Shown here: positions 53,653-63,541 of the stretch, piece by piece
Position numbering within the stretch: the first letter of the stretch is position 1
How the letters are laid out: each line of letters begins with the position of its first letter
IMG/VR virus record: IMGVR_UViG_3300021387_000147
Length of the DNA stretch: 64,000 nucleotides
From: a virus
Lineage: Duplodnaviria > Caudoviricetes
Strand: one strand, 5' to 3'
The notes under the pieces: model-generated
The model's input: the letters and a program-made list of their open reading frames with translations, nothing else
What the model was told of the DNA's origin: nothing
Database searches by the model: none
Program-made: the position numbers and the translations under genes

Positions 53653-53865
53653 TCACTCTCCTTCTTTATTTATTATTTCATAATTGTCACATGGCAAAAT
53701 ACCAATTCCACCCCATGTTCCCCATATTGTTCCAGCATCATCAATATAATTGATTATACCAGTTTTTCCAATATATTCTTTTTCAGCTGGATCTGGAATT
53801 CCTTTAAGATTTGGTGAAAGAGAAATGATTTTAATTTTTTGACCTATTTTGGGTTGCGCATCCAT
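53653..53865 (-). CDS. DUF4314-like protein
   Basis: G..I.I..L...P....G.I..IDDAGTI...WG. Confidence 0.65.
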   Translation of the reverse strand: MDAQPKIGQKIKIISLSPNLKGIPDPAEKEYIGKTGIINYIDDAGTIWGTWGGIGILPCDNYEIINKEGE

Positions 53866-54215
53866 ACGTAATATCCTCCTCCAATTTGTAATTCATTAAA
53901 ACCATAACGTTTGTAATAAAAATCCAATTCTGGCACAGCATTCAAATAGATCATATCATATTGTTCTTTTAAATCATTTATAATCATTCCTGCCAAACCA
54001 CAACGTCTTTTTTCAGGGATTGTTTCAATAGCATGAAGATAACATGCTTTATTTGACAAAGGTTCAATTAATGCAATAGTAGCAATCTTATCTGGTCCAA
54101 ATATATTATCTTGACCTACATGCACCTCAAACGCAGAATACCCTTTCATATACTGATCTATGAAAGGGAATTTTGTCATATCGAACGCCTGTCTTATTTC
54201 ATCAGGAGTCATCAT
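53844..54215 (-). CDS. GNAT acetyltransferase
   Basis: PEKRRCGLA and FYYKRYGF motifs. Confidence 0.75.
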   Translation of the reverse strand: MMTPDEIRQAFDMTKFPFIDQYMKGYSAFEVHVGQDNIFGPDKIATIALIEPLSNKACYLHAIETIPEKRRCGLAGMIINDLKEQYDMIYLNAVPELDFYYKRYGFNELQIGGGYYVWMRNPK

Positions 54216-54997
54216 ATTTTACCACTTAAAAGTTAAAGTCCCATTCAAGTGAGTCTTATCATAAGTCCAGTCCATATCTATACCTTCTTTCTTGAAGATT
54301 TTTTCAACAGCGGATAGGTCTTCAATGTAACATGTAGGTTCATGGTATAGAGGATTTTTACATGAAATTTTCCCGCATGCAATAGGAAATGTCATTTTAT
54401 TGTCTTTACAGAAACCATCCTTCACGCAATTTCTAATCGTCTCCTTAAACTCCGCAACTATATGTTGCAAGTTATTGTTACGAGGATTGACTTTCTCTTG
54501 TAATGCGATCAGTTCATCTTTAAACATTTTTAGTTCTCCTTTAATAATTATCTTGTTTTAGAAAATAAGTATACTTGTAATCTAGATCTTTCTTCGCTAT
54601 TTCCAAAAGTTCTTTAACTTCATCAAAAGTCTCAACTTCGTAAGCAAAGTCTATATCGTCTGTCCAATATAGTTCAAATCCAATTCCAGTATATGCAGGA
54701 CGAACGTCATACAAGAATTCTACTGGATTATCACCTTTGATACCCTTTTTCTTTCTAAGTTCTTTAGTCGGATGTCTGTCAATATGATACATAATTATCC
54801 TCTAGTTAAACTTCTGTTAACACATTGCAATTCGACATTCATATACTTTTGATTATCAAGCTCCGCCTTTAAAGCGGCATTCTTATCTAACAATTCCTTA
54901 GCGAATTCCATTAAGGAATTCACCATAGAATTATCAGTATTAGGTTCTCTTGAATTTACAAAGTTTTTCATTTGTTCGAATTTCTTTGGATCCATTA

Positions 54998-56107
54998 TTA
55001 TACCACCTTAAATTCGTCTTTGACTTTACGCCAAATTATACCGTATACTTTAGACAAGTTATTAGACTTAATTAATTCCATAGCCGGAGCAACTATGTAA
55101 TTCTTATGATTTTTACACAAGTATTCATAGCGGAAACGAGATTCAGTAGATACCAAAGTCGCTTCAGCCGAAGCCGCAACAACTTCACGGTATACTTCTG
55201 CAACACGTTCATTGATAGACAAAGCGAATTTACGCAAGTCCACCAATTCTTCCGGAATTTCAGCAAAGTAATCAGGGTCGATGACACCTTTTTCTTCGTT
55301 GAAATGATCACGTATTTCTTTGTAGGTTATACAAGACATACGATGGAACAATTCCAAGTATTCAGCCGATTTAGCTTTTACTTTAAAACCATTCTGGAAA
55401 GTAATCACAAATCCTTCGTTATTGCCGTCCATTTTGGAAGCGAATTCAATACATTCGTTTATGTTATTGAATTCATATATTTTCACAAAACGCACGCCAA
55501 TAGATTTAGCAACTGCTTCCAATTCAGAAACAGAGTATTCACGGTGATTTTTGTCGAATACAGACAAAAGCACTAAGCCTTCATAAACGTATTTCACAAC
55601 ATGTAAGTCACCTTTATACACGATTTCAAAACAGTAGGTACAAGACTTATCCAATTTAGACAAGTCAACATTGTCTTTCAACCACTGATTTGCCCAGAAG
55701 GACTGATCTGCGATAAAAGAACCTTGAGTTTTGATTATCCATTGACCTTCAAAGTTAAACAATATCCCTAAGGACCCGTCAACTTTTTCCATTGCGGTGA
55801 AGGAAGGAGTCATGCGAGGTTCAAAATGCGGAATACAAGACAAAGTCTTTCCAATCTGAGCTAAACCATCTTGACAATAAATTTCTTGATAGTTGAAGAA
55901 TTTATCGAAAGGATGAGCAACAATTTCACCAGTAGTAGAATTGAATACAATTCCACGACATTGCAAAGTCACTTCATCCCAATGACCTTCATAGACAGTA
56001 GAAAGCGAATACTTGAAACCGCACAAGACGCCATTCGGATGGCGATGCATAGTTAACCAACCTTCTTTTACGTATTCACAACAAGTTCTAAAGTCTAACA
56101 TAATCAT
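54998..56107 (-). CDS. RNA ligase, T4 Rnl1-type
   Basis: CRG.VF, PFDKFFN, EKVDGSL, FEIV, EGFVI, KVK.KS..Y. Confidence 0.92.
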   Translation of the reverse strand: MIMLDFRTCCEYVKEGWLTMHRHPNGVLCGFKYSLSTVYEGHWDEVTLQCRGIVFNSTTGEIVAHPFDKFFNYQEIYCQDGLAQIGKTLSCIPHFEPRMTPSFTAMEKVDGSLGILFNFEGQWIIKTQGSFIADQSFWANQWLKDNVDLSKLDKSCTYCFEIVYKGDLHVVKYVYEGLVLLSVFDKNHREYSVSELEAVAKSIGVRFVKIYEFNNINECIEFASKMDGNNEGFVITFQNGFKVKAKSAEYLELFHRMSCITYKEIRDHFNEEKGVIDPDYFAEIPEELVDLRKFALSINERVAEVYREVVAASAEATLVSTESRFRYEYLCKNHKNYIVAPAMELIKSNNLSKVYGIIWRKVKDEFKVV

Positions 56108-56700
56108 TCCTTTTATAAATTTTCTTCAATAATTTTTTCAGATATTTTGTCTAGTTTTTCTTCTACTTCAACCGCTTTTTCCTTTTCAGGCGTAATGCCA
56201 TCAATATCAAAACGGTCAAAATTTGTAATCATTCTTTTCAATTCTTCAACCGGGAATTTCGAAATCATTTCTCCAATTACCGGCTTTTTATTTTCTTCAG
56301 CCATAATTAACCATCAACTTCATATTCGTCCATCTGAACGTCGATATAAGTATCACCATTTCGTTCATCCTCATATCGCTGTTCTGCCTTTTCCTTATTA
56401 AGGTAAGTAGCAATGACAGACCTATCTCCACCAGAATATGGAATTATTCCAGTGATTTGATAAACTATATCATTCATTTTTTACCATCCAAAGTAATCTT
56501 TACAGAGCTTTTGTGCATAGCTCTTGGAATTCCAAGAAGCTGCGATTGAGCCGGGTCTCGGCATCATAATCGGCATGATGCTGTCAAAGTACTCAGCCAT
56601 CTTACGACCTTTCATATCATACTTTGTCTTCAGAACAGACTTAATTTCTTTTTCAAGGGATTTTGCAGTCATCATAGCCATATTTATATCTCCTTATAAA

Positions 56701-57105
56701 TTACTTAATTTCAGCTTCAAAGTGGATGAATTCACGAGCATAAGACCAATTCTTACCAGTCTTCACATCGACACACTGCCAAGGATAGCGCTTATTCCAA
56801 TCGAAGCCAACAATACGCATGTGCTTCGGACGACGATCGTCTGTCGGGAAAACCTTACCAAACGGATCCAAACCAGGAACACCGCACTTTGTCATTTCTT
56901 CATCAATCATCTGCTTTTCGAAGGGAGTCAACTTGCGAGAACCATCAGCGGCAAGTTCATGAAGGTCAATCTTGTAAGTCAGTCCTTTGTCATTAAAGGA
57001 ACAGGTTGCAGGAGTGACACACATATTGTGAGACTTAGCCCATTCAGCGATGAGAGTGTCGAGTTCATTGTGGAGGCGGACGCAAGTTTCTTTATTCATA
57101 TTCAA
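56701..57105 (-). CDS. hypothetical early protein
   Basis: First gene after promoter cassette 9. Confidence 0.75.
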   Translation of the reverse strand: MNMNKETCVRLHNELDTLIAEWAKSHNMCVTPATCSFNDKGLTYKIDLHELAADGSRKLTPFEKQMIDEEMTKCGVPGLDPFGKVFPTDDRRPKHMRIVGFDWNKRYPWQCVDVKTGKNWSYAREFIHFEAEIK

Positions 57106-57117
57106 TATCCTTTAGTA

Positions 57118-57229
57118 ATCTCTTTTATTTTAACAAGTAAAATATAAGTATATTTGGCTCATTTGGAAACCCTGTTTTATGTAAAAAAACGTTTACATTA
57201 ACCTCCAGATATGTAAAAAGGTGTTTACA
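57118..57229 (-). promoter_or_regulatory. boxed promoter cassette 9
   Basis: Boxes 57180 and 57212; TTTCCA-17-TATATT; conserved leader. Confidence 0.88.
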
Positions 57230-57433
57230 AAACACCTTCTATTTGACATTTTTTGACAGATTTTACATTAAAATCAATAAAACCATTTTGCGATATTAAG
57301 CACCCATACGAAAACGCTTCCGGCTCAGAGTCCCAATATTCTATATTTTCATCATCCGGATTTTCTGTAAATCTGCCATCTTTTAATGGATATGCAGTTC
57401 CATGAGGAAAATCAAATTCAACAGTAAATCGTT

Positions 57434-57952
57434 CTAACATAATACTCCTATTTTATCAATGAATTTATATTTTTTAGCTTCAGTAGCACTCATATAATAA
57501 TCTTTTGACATAAACTTATTAATATCTGACTTCTTTACTTTTCCATATTTGTTTAAAATATCAATCAATTTATCAGTCGCTATATTTATTTCTGCTCTTT
57601 CAATCGATTTATCCAAACCAGTTGGGTCATCATAATAAGGTTTATGTATCATAATTCTAACAGATGGATATGCATATCGATGGCCAGGTGAACCAGAGAA
57701 TAAAATAAAACTTGCCATAGAACTTGTAGAAATTCCTACAGTTGTGACATCAATTCCTTTTGATTTAGCATGTTCAATTAAATCTACAATAGCCAATCCT
57801 TCGTCAACATCTCCACCTACTGAATTCAAATATATTATAATTGGCTTACCTTCATTAATAAATTCACAAAGTTGTTTAACATATTTGGCTCCCGATTTCT
57901 GAGTAATTTCCTCATTGATCCAAAGTCTATTTACGTCAATTTCTTTCTTCAT
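57434..57952 (-). CDS. clpP: ClpP-family protease
   Basis: YLNSVGGDV, SSMAS, MIHKP, D.YMSATEA..Y..IDKI. Confidence 0.88.
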   Translation of the reverse strand: MKKEIDVNRLWINEEITQKSGAKYVKQLCEFINEGKPIIIYLNSVGGDVDEGLAIVDLIEHAKSKGIDVTTVGISTSSMASFILFSGSPGHRYAYPSVRIMIHKPYYDDPTGLDKSIERAEINIATDKLIDILNKYGKVKKSDINKFMSKDYYMSATEAKKYKFIDKIGVLC

Positions 57953-57955
57953 CTT

Positions 57956-58001
57956 TACCTCTAAAGGTAAATGTAATAAAAATTTTTACAATTGTCAACC
58001 C
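57956..58001 (-). promoter_or_regulatory. sigma70 promoter of clpP
   Basis: GGG-TTGACA(57993-98)-17-TACATT(57970-75); GAGG RBS. Confidence 0.75.
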
Positions 58002-58063
58002 AGACCACACGATAAAAGTCTCAACTTCTGTTGAGACACTATCTTTATTTGGATGAATTCCAA

Positions 58064-58324
58064 TTATTGTTTTGTAATAATGAAAGCCCAGCCTTCAGTA
58101 TTAAACATATAACGGTGGCCATCCAAGGTTTCCATTACAATCGTATGAGAACCAATTGTATAAGTTTTAGCCTGATATTCTACACAAGAAGATGCTTCAG
58201 GACATCCAATTGGACATACTTTAATTGGCGTATATGATCCATTACGTGTTTGAACTTGTTTGTCACCACATTCATCACATCCAAATAAACAGAATGCAAT
58301 CAATAATAAAAGTATCTTTTTCAT
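58064..58324 (-). CDS. putative lipoprotein
   Basis: MKKILLLLIAFCLFGC lipobox; start moved to 58324. Confidence 0.7.
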   Translation of the reverse strand: MKKILLLLIAFCLFGCDECGDKQVQTRNGSYTPIKVCPIGCPEASSCVEYQAKTYTIGSHTIVMETLDGHRYMFNTEGWAFIITKQ

Positions 58325-58328
58325 GTTT

Positions 58329-58697
58329 TTATTCCTTCCAATAGCCATAAAATCTGGCAAAATCATTTATATGATCTGATATGTTTCCTTTATAGTCGTA
58401 TTTTCCTTGACAACCATCTTCTAATTCTCTTATCCAGTTCATTTCACAATGCATGTTGTAAATCATTTTATCATACTTTTCCAACTGGTCATTGTAATAT
58501 TGCAATTCAGCTGGTAAACGACCTAATTTATTCAATGATACAGACAACATTGCAGGGTTAATTTGATTCTTCTCAAAATAGAGCTTTTTACGGATAATAA
58601 ACTCACAACGCTCTTTTTCTAGAGTAGAAATCTGAGCCATTGTCAGCATTTTCCATTTTTCTATTAGAATTCTATTATAGTCTGGATAATTCAACAT
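58329..58697 (-). CDS. hypothetical protein
   Basis: Coupled ORF. Confidence 0.65.
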   Translation of the reverse strand: MLNYPDYNRILIEKWKMLTMAQISTLEKERCEFIIRKKLYFEKNQINPAMLSVSLNKLGRLPAELQYYNDQLEKYDKMIYNMHCEMNWIRELEDGCQGKYDYKGNISDHINDFARFYGYWKE

Positions 58698-59257
58698 TAC
58701 TTACATTTATCCTTAATACAGAAATCAACTAAACTTTCTGCAGTATTTTCTCTTGTGCATTTCTTAATGCATTTAATAAATTCTTCTTTACTACCTTGAA
58801 TTTGAACTTCTTCTACAGGTTTTGTTGGCACAATCTTTGTAATAGAATCCAACTTCTTTTCATATTCAGCAAGTAATTCTTGTTTTAACTTTTCTGTATC
58901 AACATTTGAAACTGTCTGCTGAACAACAGGCTTTGGCTGTTCAATAGGCTTTGGTTGTTCTGCGGCTTTCTTTGCTCTCTTTTCTACTCTATATTCTGTG
59001 ACAAGTTTCCATGCCCTTTCATGATTGTTTAAACACCTTTCCATGTTTACTGTGCAAAGACTATCAAGAACATTTATCTTGCATTTGCCAGGATGTGCAT
59101 AACACATATCTTTATAAATTTCAGGTGTTTCAACATAACAACGGTCACCTTTTGATTCACAAATCATATTAAAAAGCTTAGGTACTGCAACAGCGGCAAG
59201 AATGCCCATGATTACAATTACGACCATCAATTCAATTAAAGTAAATCCTTTTTTCAT
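58697..59257 (-). CDS. type IV pilin-like protein (prepilin N-methylation motif)
   Basis: MKKG-FTLIELMVVIVIMGILAAVAVP, then a Cys-rich body. Confidence 0.9.
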   Translation of the reverse strand: MKKGFTLIELMVVIVIMGILAAVAVPKLFNMICESKGDRCYVETPEIYKDMCYAHPGKCKINVLDSLCTVNMERCLNNHERAWKLVTEYRVEKRAKKAAEQPKPIEQPKPVVQQTVSNVDTEKLKQELLAEYEKKLDSITKIVPTKPVEEVQIQGSKEEFIKCIKKCTRENTAESLVDFCIKDKCK

Positions 59258-59730
59258 TCGTCACCTTCCTTAATTAAAACTACCCATTCTCCAGAACAAG
59301 TTATATGACCTTCCTTTTTAGTAGATGGAGTTATCTTTCCATGACATCCAACAGAATACCAGAGAGGATTGTCAAATGTAGTTCCCCATGTAGCCATTCC
59401 AATTTCAAGTCCTGAACTAATTTGTCTCTTCAAATAAATTGGATAACCTACGCCAAATAATTCCAATGCAGGTCTTCCATGTTCAGGAACTCCATCTGTT
59501 GTAATTTTTCTCTTATCAATGACAAGTGAATCAATTAAAGCACCTTCACACTTTGGAAGATTATACGTTTCAAATGAGTTGCTAACGTATACCGTGTCAT
59601 GAACTACAACCTTCTTGACTTTCTGCCTTGTCTGTGTTGAGTCTTTTTCTGTTCCACTTCCAATGAACATGCCACCCAATCCAGCGAGCATAAACAAGAT
59701 AGTCAGAATAAGTACCTTTTTAAAATCCAT
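59254..59730 (-). CDS. membrane-anchored protein, paralog of 59730
   Basis: N-terminal TM; VHDTVY; CSGEWVVLIK. Confidence 0.7.
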   Translation of the reverse strand: MDFKKVLILTILFMLAGLGGMFIGSGTEKDSTQTRQKVKKVVVHDTVYVSNSFETYNLPKCEGALIDSLVIDKRKITTDGVPEHGRPALELFGVGYPIYLKRQISSGLEIGMATWGTTFDNPLWYSVGCHGKITPSTKKEGHITCSGEWVVLIKEGDE

Positions 59731-60173
59731 TATCTTTTTCCTTTGATTTTAATTATCCATTCACCTGCACATTCAGAATAAGTATCACTATCAGGGTCAT
59801 CTTCATCGTATGGAATGTCATACATTTTTCCATTACAAAGAATTGCATATTCTTCGACACTATCTACATCGAATGTTCCATCAGCAAATTGAACTGAAAT
59901 GGCAGTAGTACCCTTATGTGTCTCCAGCGTATCCAGACGCGCTCCAAATGCGTTAGAATAAGAGACAGCGTTTATATACTGGATTCGCTTAACTTCTTTA
60001 TAAAGCGTATCATGGACGAATGTGGTATCTCTTACAACAGTCACAAGAGTGTCCATTTTCTTCATTGAAGTTTCATAACATTCATCAATCTTCTTAAGAA
60101 TTGTATTTGAAAAGACAATGATAGCAACAAAGATCGCTGCGAATAAAATTATATGTTGATATTTAACGTCCAT
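59730..60173 (-). CDS. membrane-anchored protein, paralog of 59254
   Basis: N-terminal TM; VHDTLY; CAGEWIIKIK. Confidence 0.7.
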   Translation of the reverse strand: MDVKYQHIILFAAIFVAIIVFSNTILKKIDECYETSMKKMDTLVTVVRDTTFVHDTLYKEVKRIQYINAVSYSNAFGARLDTLETHKGTTAISVQFADGTFDVDSVEEYAILCNGKMYDIPYDEDDPDSDTYSECAGEWIIKIKGKR

Positions 60174-60514
60174 TATTTAAGCCTTCTACAGTTTTCTCTG
60201 ATACAAAAATCAATTACAGATGAAGAAACATTATTTGCCTTGCATTCAGCTACACATTCATCAAATTCATTATCTTCTTTTACAGGTTCCTCAATAGGTT
60301 CTTCAACATGTGTATTGACTGGCTGAGGTGCAACTACCGGCTTATCTCTAAAAACAAGTGGTTCATCTCTAAATACCATTGGTTCACTTGGAACAGATGG
60401 AGCTGGTTTTACTGGAGTAGTTTCTTGTTTCTTTTTGCACGTACCACAAAAACAACATGGACCAGCGAAAACAAATGATGCAGTAAGAGTTAAGATTAAA
60501 AATAGTTTCTTCAT
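60173..60514 (-). CDS. secreted Cys-rich protein
   Basis: Signal peptide, Pro-rich linker, CVAEC...IDFCIRENC. Confidence 0.75.
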   Translation of the reverse strand: MKKLFLILTLTASFVFAGPCCFCGTCKKKQETTPVKPAPSVPSEPMVFRDEPLVFRDKPVVAPQPVNTHVEEPIEEPVKEDNEFDECVAECKANNVSSSVIDFCIRENCRRLK

Positions 60515-60587
60515 TTGTAATTCCTTTGTTAAAAAGAAAAAGCCCTATCAAAGTTTTTCAACAATGTAGGGCTTTCAAAGATTTTAA

Positions 60588-61862
60588 TTACTTATTGGAC
60601 AACTTAGAAGTCAAATCCATAAGCATGTTCAGACCAACAGCGTCCATAGCATTGCTTGCGCCATTCTTACCATCACCACCAGTCATCATGATTTCTGGTA
60701 CAAGTGGGTGAGAGGACTTAGCAAGAGCTTCTGCAACACCAACCTTAGTCTTATATTCCCATTCAGCACGTTCCTGAGGAGTCAAACCTGCAGCGACCAA
60801 TGCTCTATTAGCCTGAGCTTCTGCTTCCTTTTCAGCCTTAATCTTCTTAGCAACTTCAATTGCCTTTAGAGCTTCAAGACGAGCAACTTCCTTTTCACGT
60901 TCAGCATTCAAAATAGCAACTGCCTTTTCCTTTTCAGCCATAGTCACTTCAGTCATCTTCTGAACTTCCTGAGTAGCCTTAGCTTCTGCAATCTTTGCAT
61001 CACCTTCAGCCTTTGCAGTAATAGCCTTCTGCTTAGCAGTTTCTGCTGCGGTTGCATTTGCTACACGCTGCATTTCACGTTCCTTAACAATATCCAACTG
61101 TTGCTGAGCCTTAGGATCCAACTTTACGTTCTGAATTTCCAACTGCTTTACAACAATACCATACTGAGTAATTGGAGACTTCTTAGTGATAATTCGATGA
61201 CCATCCTTATCTAGCTTCAGCTTAGTAACACGGTATTCCTGAACTTCAGCCTTCTTAACGACCTTACCAGTGGAATCAACTTCATCTTCGCCAGCCTTTT
61301 CCTTAAGTACTTCAATTGTGGTCAAGTATTCACCTTCAACGAGCTGGTCTTCAGCAAGACGACGGAATTCTGCAATCTTTGTAACCTTTGCTTCTTCAGC
61401 GGTAAACAATGGAGCGGTCTTACGAACTGCAGAGAGAACAGCATTTCGAACTAGATTATGCTTTACACCCTTATCACTACGCTGGTTCTTATGAAGTTCA
61501 ATCAACTTATCACAGTCGGTTGGAAGCTCATACATAAGATAACCAGAAATATCTGCGTTTGCATTTCGAGATAGCGTTACAGAAATGTCATCTTCATCAT
61601 CTTCATCGCCTTCCCAACCTTCACCGTTCACCTTTTCATTAGAACTATTGAAATAGAAGGACTTTGCGAGGTCATACTTATAGATGGATGCGAAGCCCTT
61701 GAAATAAAGACCCTGACCCTCTACGCATGACAGCGTTCCGAATGGAGACTGCTTAATGAGCAATTCAGTTGACTGCTTATAGCCCACCATCTTTCCAGCG
61801 AAAATGCCAAGAAGAATGAGCACGATTACGGCAAGAATGCCGAGAACTTGTGTCTTTGTCAT
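60588..61862 (-). CDS. SPFH/Band 7 family membrane protein
   Basis: N-terminal TM, SPFH-like region, AEA-rich coiled coil, LTPQERAEW...VA..LA...VP. Confidence 0.8.
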   Translation of the reverse strand: MTKTQVLGILAVIVLILLGIFAGKMVGYKQSTELLIKQSPFGTLSCVEGQGLYFKGFASIYKYDLAKSFYFNSSNEKVNGEGWEGDEDDEDDISVTLSRNANADISGYLMYELPTDCDKLIELHKNQRSDKGVKHNLVRNAVLSAVRKTAPLFTAEEAKVTKIAEFRRLAEDQLVEGEYLTTIEVLKEKAGEDEVDSTGKVVKKAEVQEYRVTKLKLDKDGHRIITKKSPITQYGIVVKQLEIQNVKLDPKAQQQLDIVKEREMQRVANATAAETAKQKAITAKAEGDAKIAEAKATQEVQKMTEVTMAEKEKAVAILNAEREKEVARLEALKAIEVAKKIKAEKEAEAQANRALVAAGLTPQERAEWEYKTKVGVAEALAKSSHPLVPEIMMTGGDGKNGASNAMDAVGLNMLMDLTSKLSNK

Positions 61863-61897
61863 ATTATGTTTTTCCTTTTTTGTTTATTGTTTGATTT

Positions 61898-62245
61898 TTA
61901 GTTTAAGTTTGTTGTTTCGTTAACTTCTGTTACCTTATATGCAGGTTCACCCCACATTTCCCAATTACGTCTCCACTTTTCACATTCAAGTTCAGATTGC
62001 TTGAAAATTTTAGTATCGACGAAATTACATACTGAATGCGCTACTGCATTTACTGCCTTTTCAGTTACTCTAGGATTAGGATCAGCCTTTACCTCAGGGA
62101 GAATCTTTGAGAACTGTTTAAGCATCCAAAGAACTGGAATTCCGATTACTTTGTAGACAAAGCGACCTACATAAAGTGCAATGCCGTACAGAGTAAGAAA
62201 TAAACCAAATCCACCTACGTTAATTCTTGTTACAATCTTATTCAT
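61898..62245 (-). CDS. membrane-associated hypothetical protein
   Basis: Hydrophobic N-terminal half; GAGG RBS. Confidence 0.65.
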   Translation of the reverse strand: MNKIVTRINVGGFGLFLTLYGIALYVGRFVYKVIGIPVLWMLKQFSKILPEVKADPNPRVTEKAVNAVAHSVCNFVDTKIFKQSELECEKWRRNWEMWGEPAYKVTEVNETTNLN

Positions 62246-62720
62246 TTGTCTTTACCTCTGAATATTCAATCCATTTACATGTATATCCATATATCATATC
62301 AGCTTTTGGCCAAACGTCAGTAAGTGTAAATGTTCCAAGCGTATCTGGAAGTTTAGCCTTTGCATTCCTTGGACAAACAATCCACATGATAGATACTTTG
62401 TTTTCAACTACTCCATCATAAGAGAAACTGTCATACCAACAATTTGCGAATTCCTTCTTGTCCTTAATTGAAGACCATGCCTTAAATGCAGACTTTGAAT
62501 CGCATTCATCTGGACGAGTGATTTCTCGAATTACTGGCGGAACATTTGTTGAATCATCGTATACAATATCATTCAATGCCTTTTTAGAATTCGTTTCCTT
62601 TTCCATATTGCATACATAAACAGCAGAAGCGAGAACTAAAATTCCAAAAATAACAATAAAAGCCTTAAGAAAGAATGACTTGATTTCAGCTTTTGTTTTT
62701 TCATACTGCATCATAGTCAC
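62238..62720 (-). CDS. membrane-anchored hypothetical protein
   Basis: N-terminal TM; AGGAG RBS. Confidence 0.7.
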   Translation of the reverse strand: MTMMQYEKTKAEIKSFFLKAFIVIFGILVLASAVYVCNMEKETNSKKALNDIVYDDSTNVPPVIREITRPDECDSKSAFKAWSSIKDKKEFANCWYDSFSYDGVVENKVSIMWIVCPRNAKAKLPDTLGTFTLTDVWPKADMIYGYTCKWIEYSEVKTNE

Positions 62721-62723
62721 TCC

Positions 62724-63449
62724 TTACTTCATATCCGGCACATAAAGGATAGTCGGGTTGTCCTTATGCACATCAAGCATTTTCATGTTCTTAAGAGTTG
62801 CAGACTTTTCCCAGAGTTGCTGGAAAGTCAGCTTATTGAACGGCTTGCACACGATATGCTTACCACTCTTAGTCGGCACAACGAAAAATTCAGACTTGAC
62901 AGCATTGCGTGCTTCTTCCGCACTGAGTCCAAGGTCACGATATGCCTGAATTCGCTTATCATACGGCTGACAATCCAAAATCATTTCCTTGATTTCTTCT
63001 TCGTAAGGCAGATATTCCTTATCGAGGTCGACAATCCAAGTCTTGTCCTTTCCTGCCTGGCAACACTCGCCACATGCAGAAGCAACAAGATGGAATGGAG
63101 AAGAATAAGTTTCGCCAGATGCACACTGTTCAGCAATGTGCTTCATCATTTCAAGTGCAATGTTCTTGTAATTACGCTTATTGAGGCGGATATATGCTCG
63201 CACATTGAACATATTGCAAAGCGCAATAATATCTTCCTTCACATCTTCAAGGTGCTCAGGGGACTTAATCAGATAGTCCTTAATAGAGCGAGAGTGCATA
63301 TTGCCATGATACTTCGGATCCTTAACACCATTCTTCAGAGGATCATCAGCCTGACGGCGAAGAAGCTGAACGTAGTAGCAATCGCCATGGTCACGGTCAA
63401 TCATCTGCTTTTCAATGTAGTTCTTGATGAGTTCGAAGTTATCAACCAT
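62724..63449 (-). CDS. phage protein with AEP (primase-like) motifs
   Basis: WIVDLD (DxD) and TKSGKH motifs. Confidence 0.55.
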   Translation of the reverse strand: MVDNFELIKNYIEKQMIDRDHGDCYYVQLLRRQADDPLKNGVKDPKYHGNMHSRSIKDYLIKSPEHLEDVKEDIIALCNMFNVRAYIRLNKRNYKNIALEMMKHIAEQCASGETYSSPFHLVASACGECCQAGKDKTWIVDLDKEYLPYEEEIKEMILDCQPYDKRIQAYRDLGLSAEEARNAVKSEFFVVPTKSGKHIVCKPFNKLTFQQLWEKSATLKNMKMLDVHKDNPTILYVPDMK

Positions 63450-63456
63450 TCTTAAA

Positions 63457-63541
63457 TTCCTCTTTAATTTCTTTTAACAAGTAAAATGTAGTTAATTTTT
63501 GCTGTTTTGTCAACCCTTAGTTTTGTAAAACTTTTTTTACA
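63457..63541 (-). promoter_or_regulatory. boxed promoter cassette 10
   Basis: Box 63524; TTGACA-17-TACATT; TTACTTGTTAAAA leader. Confidence 0.85.
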
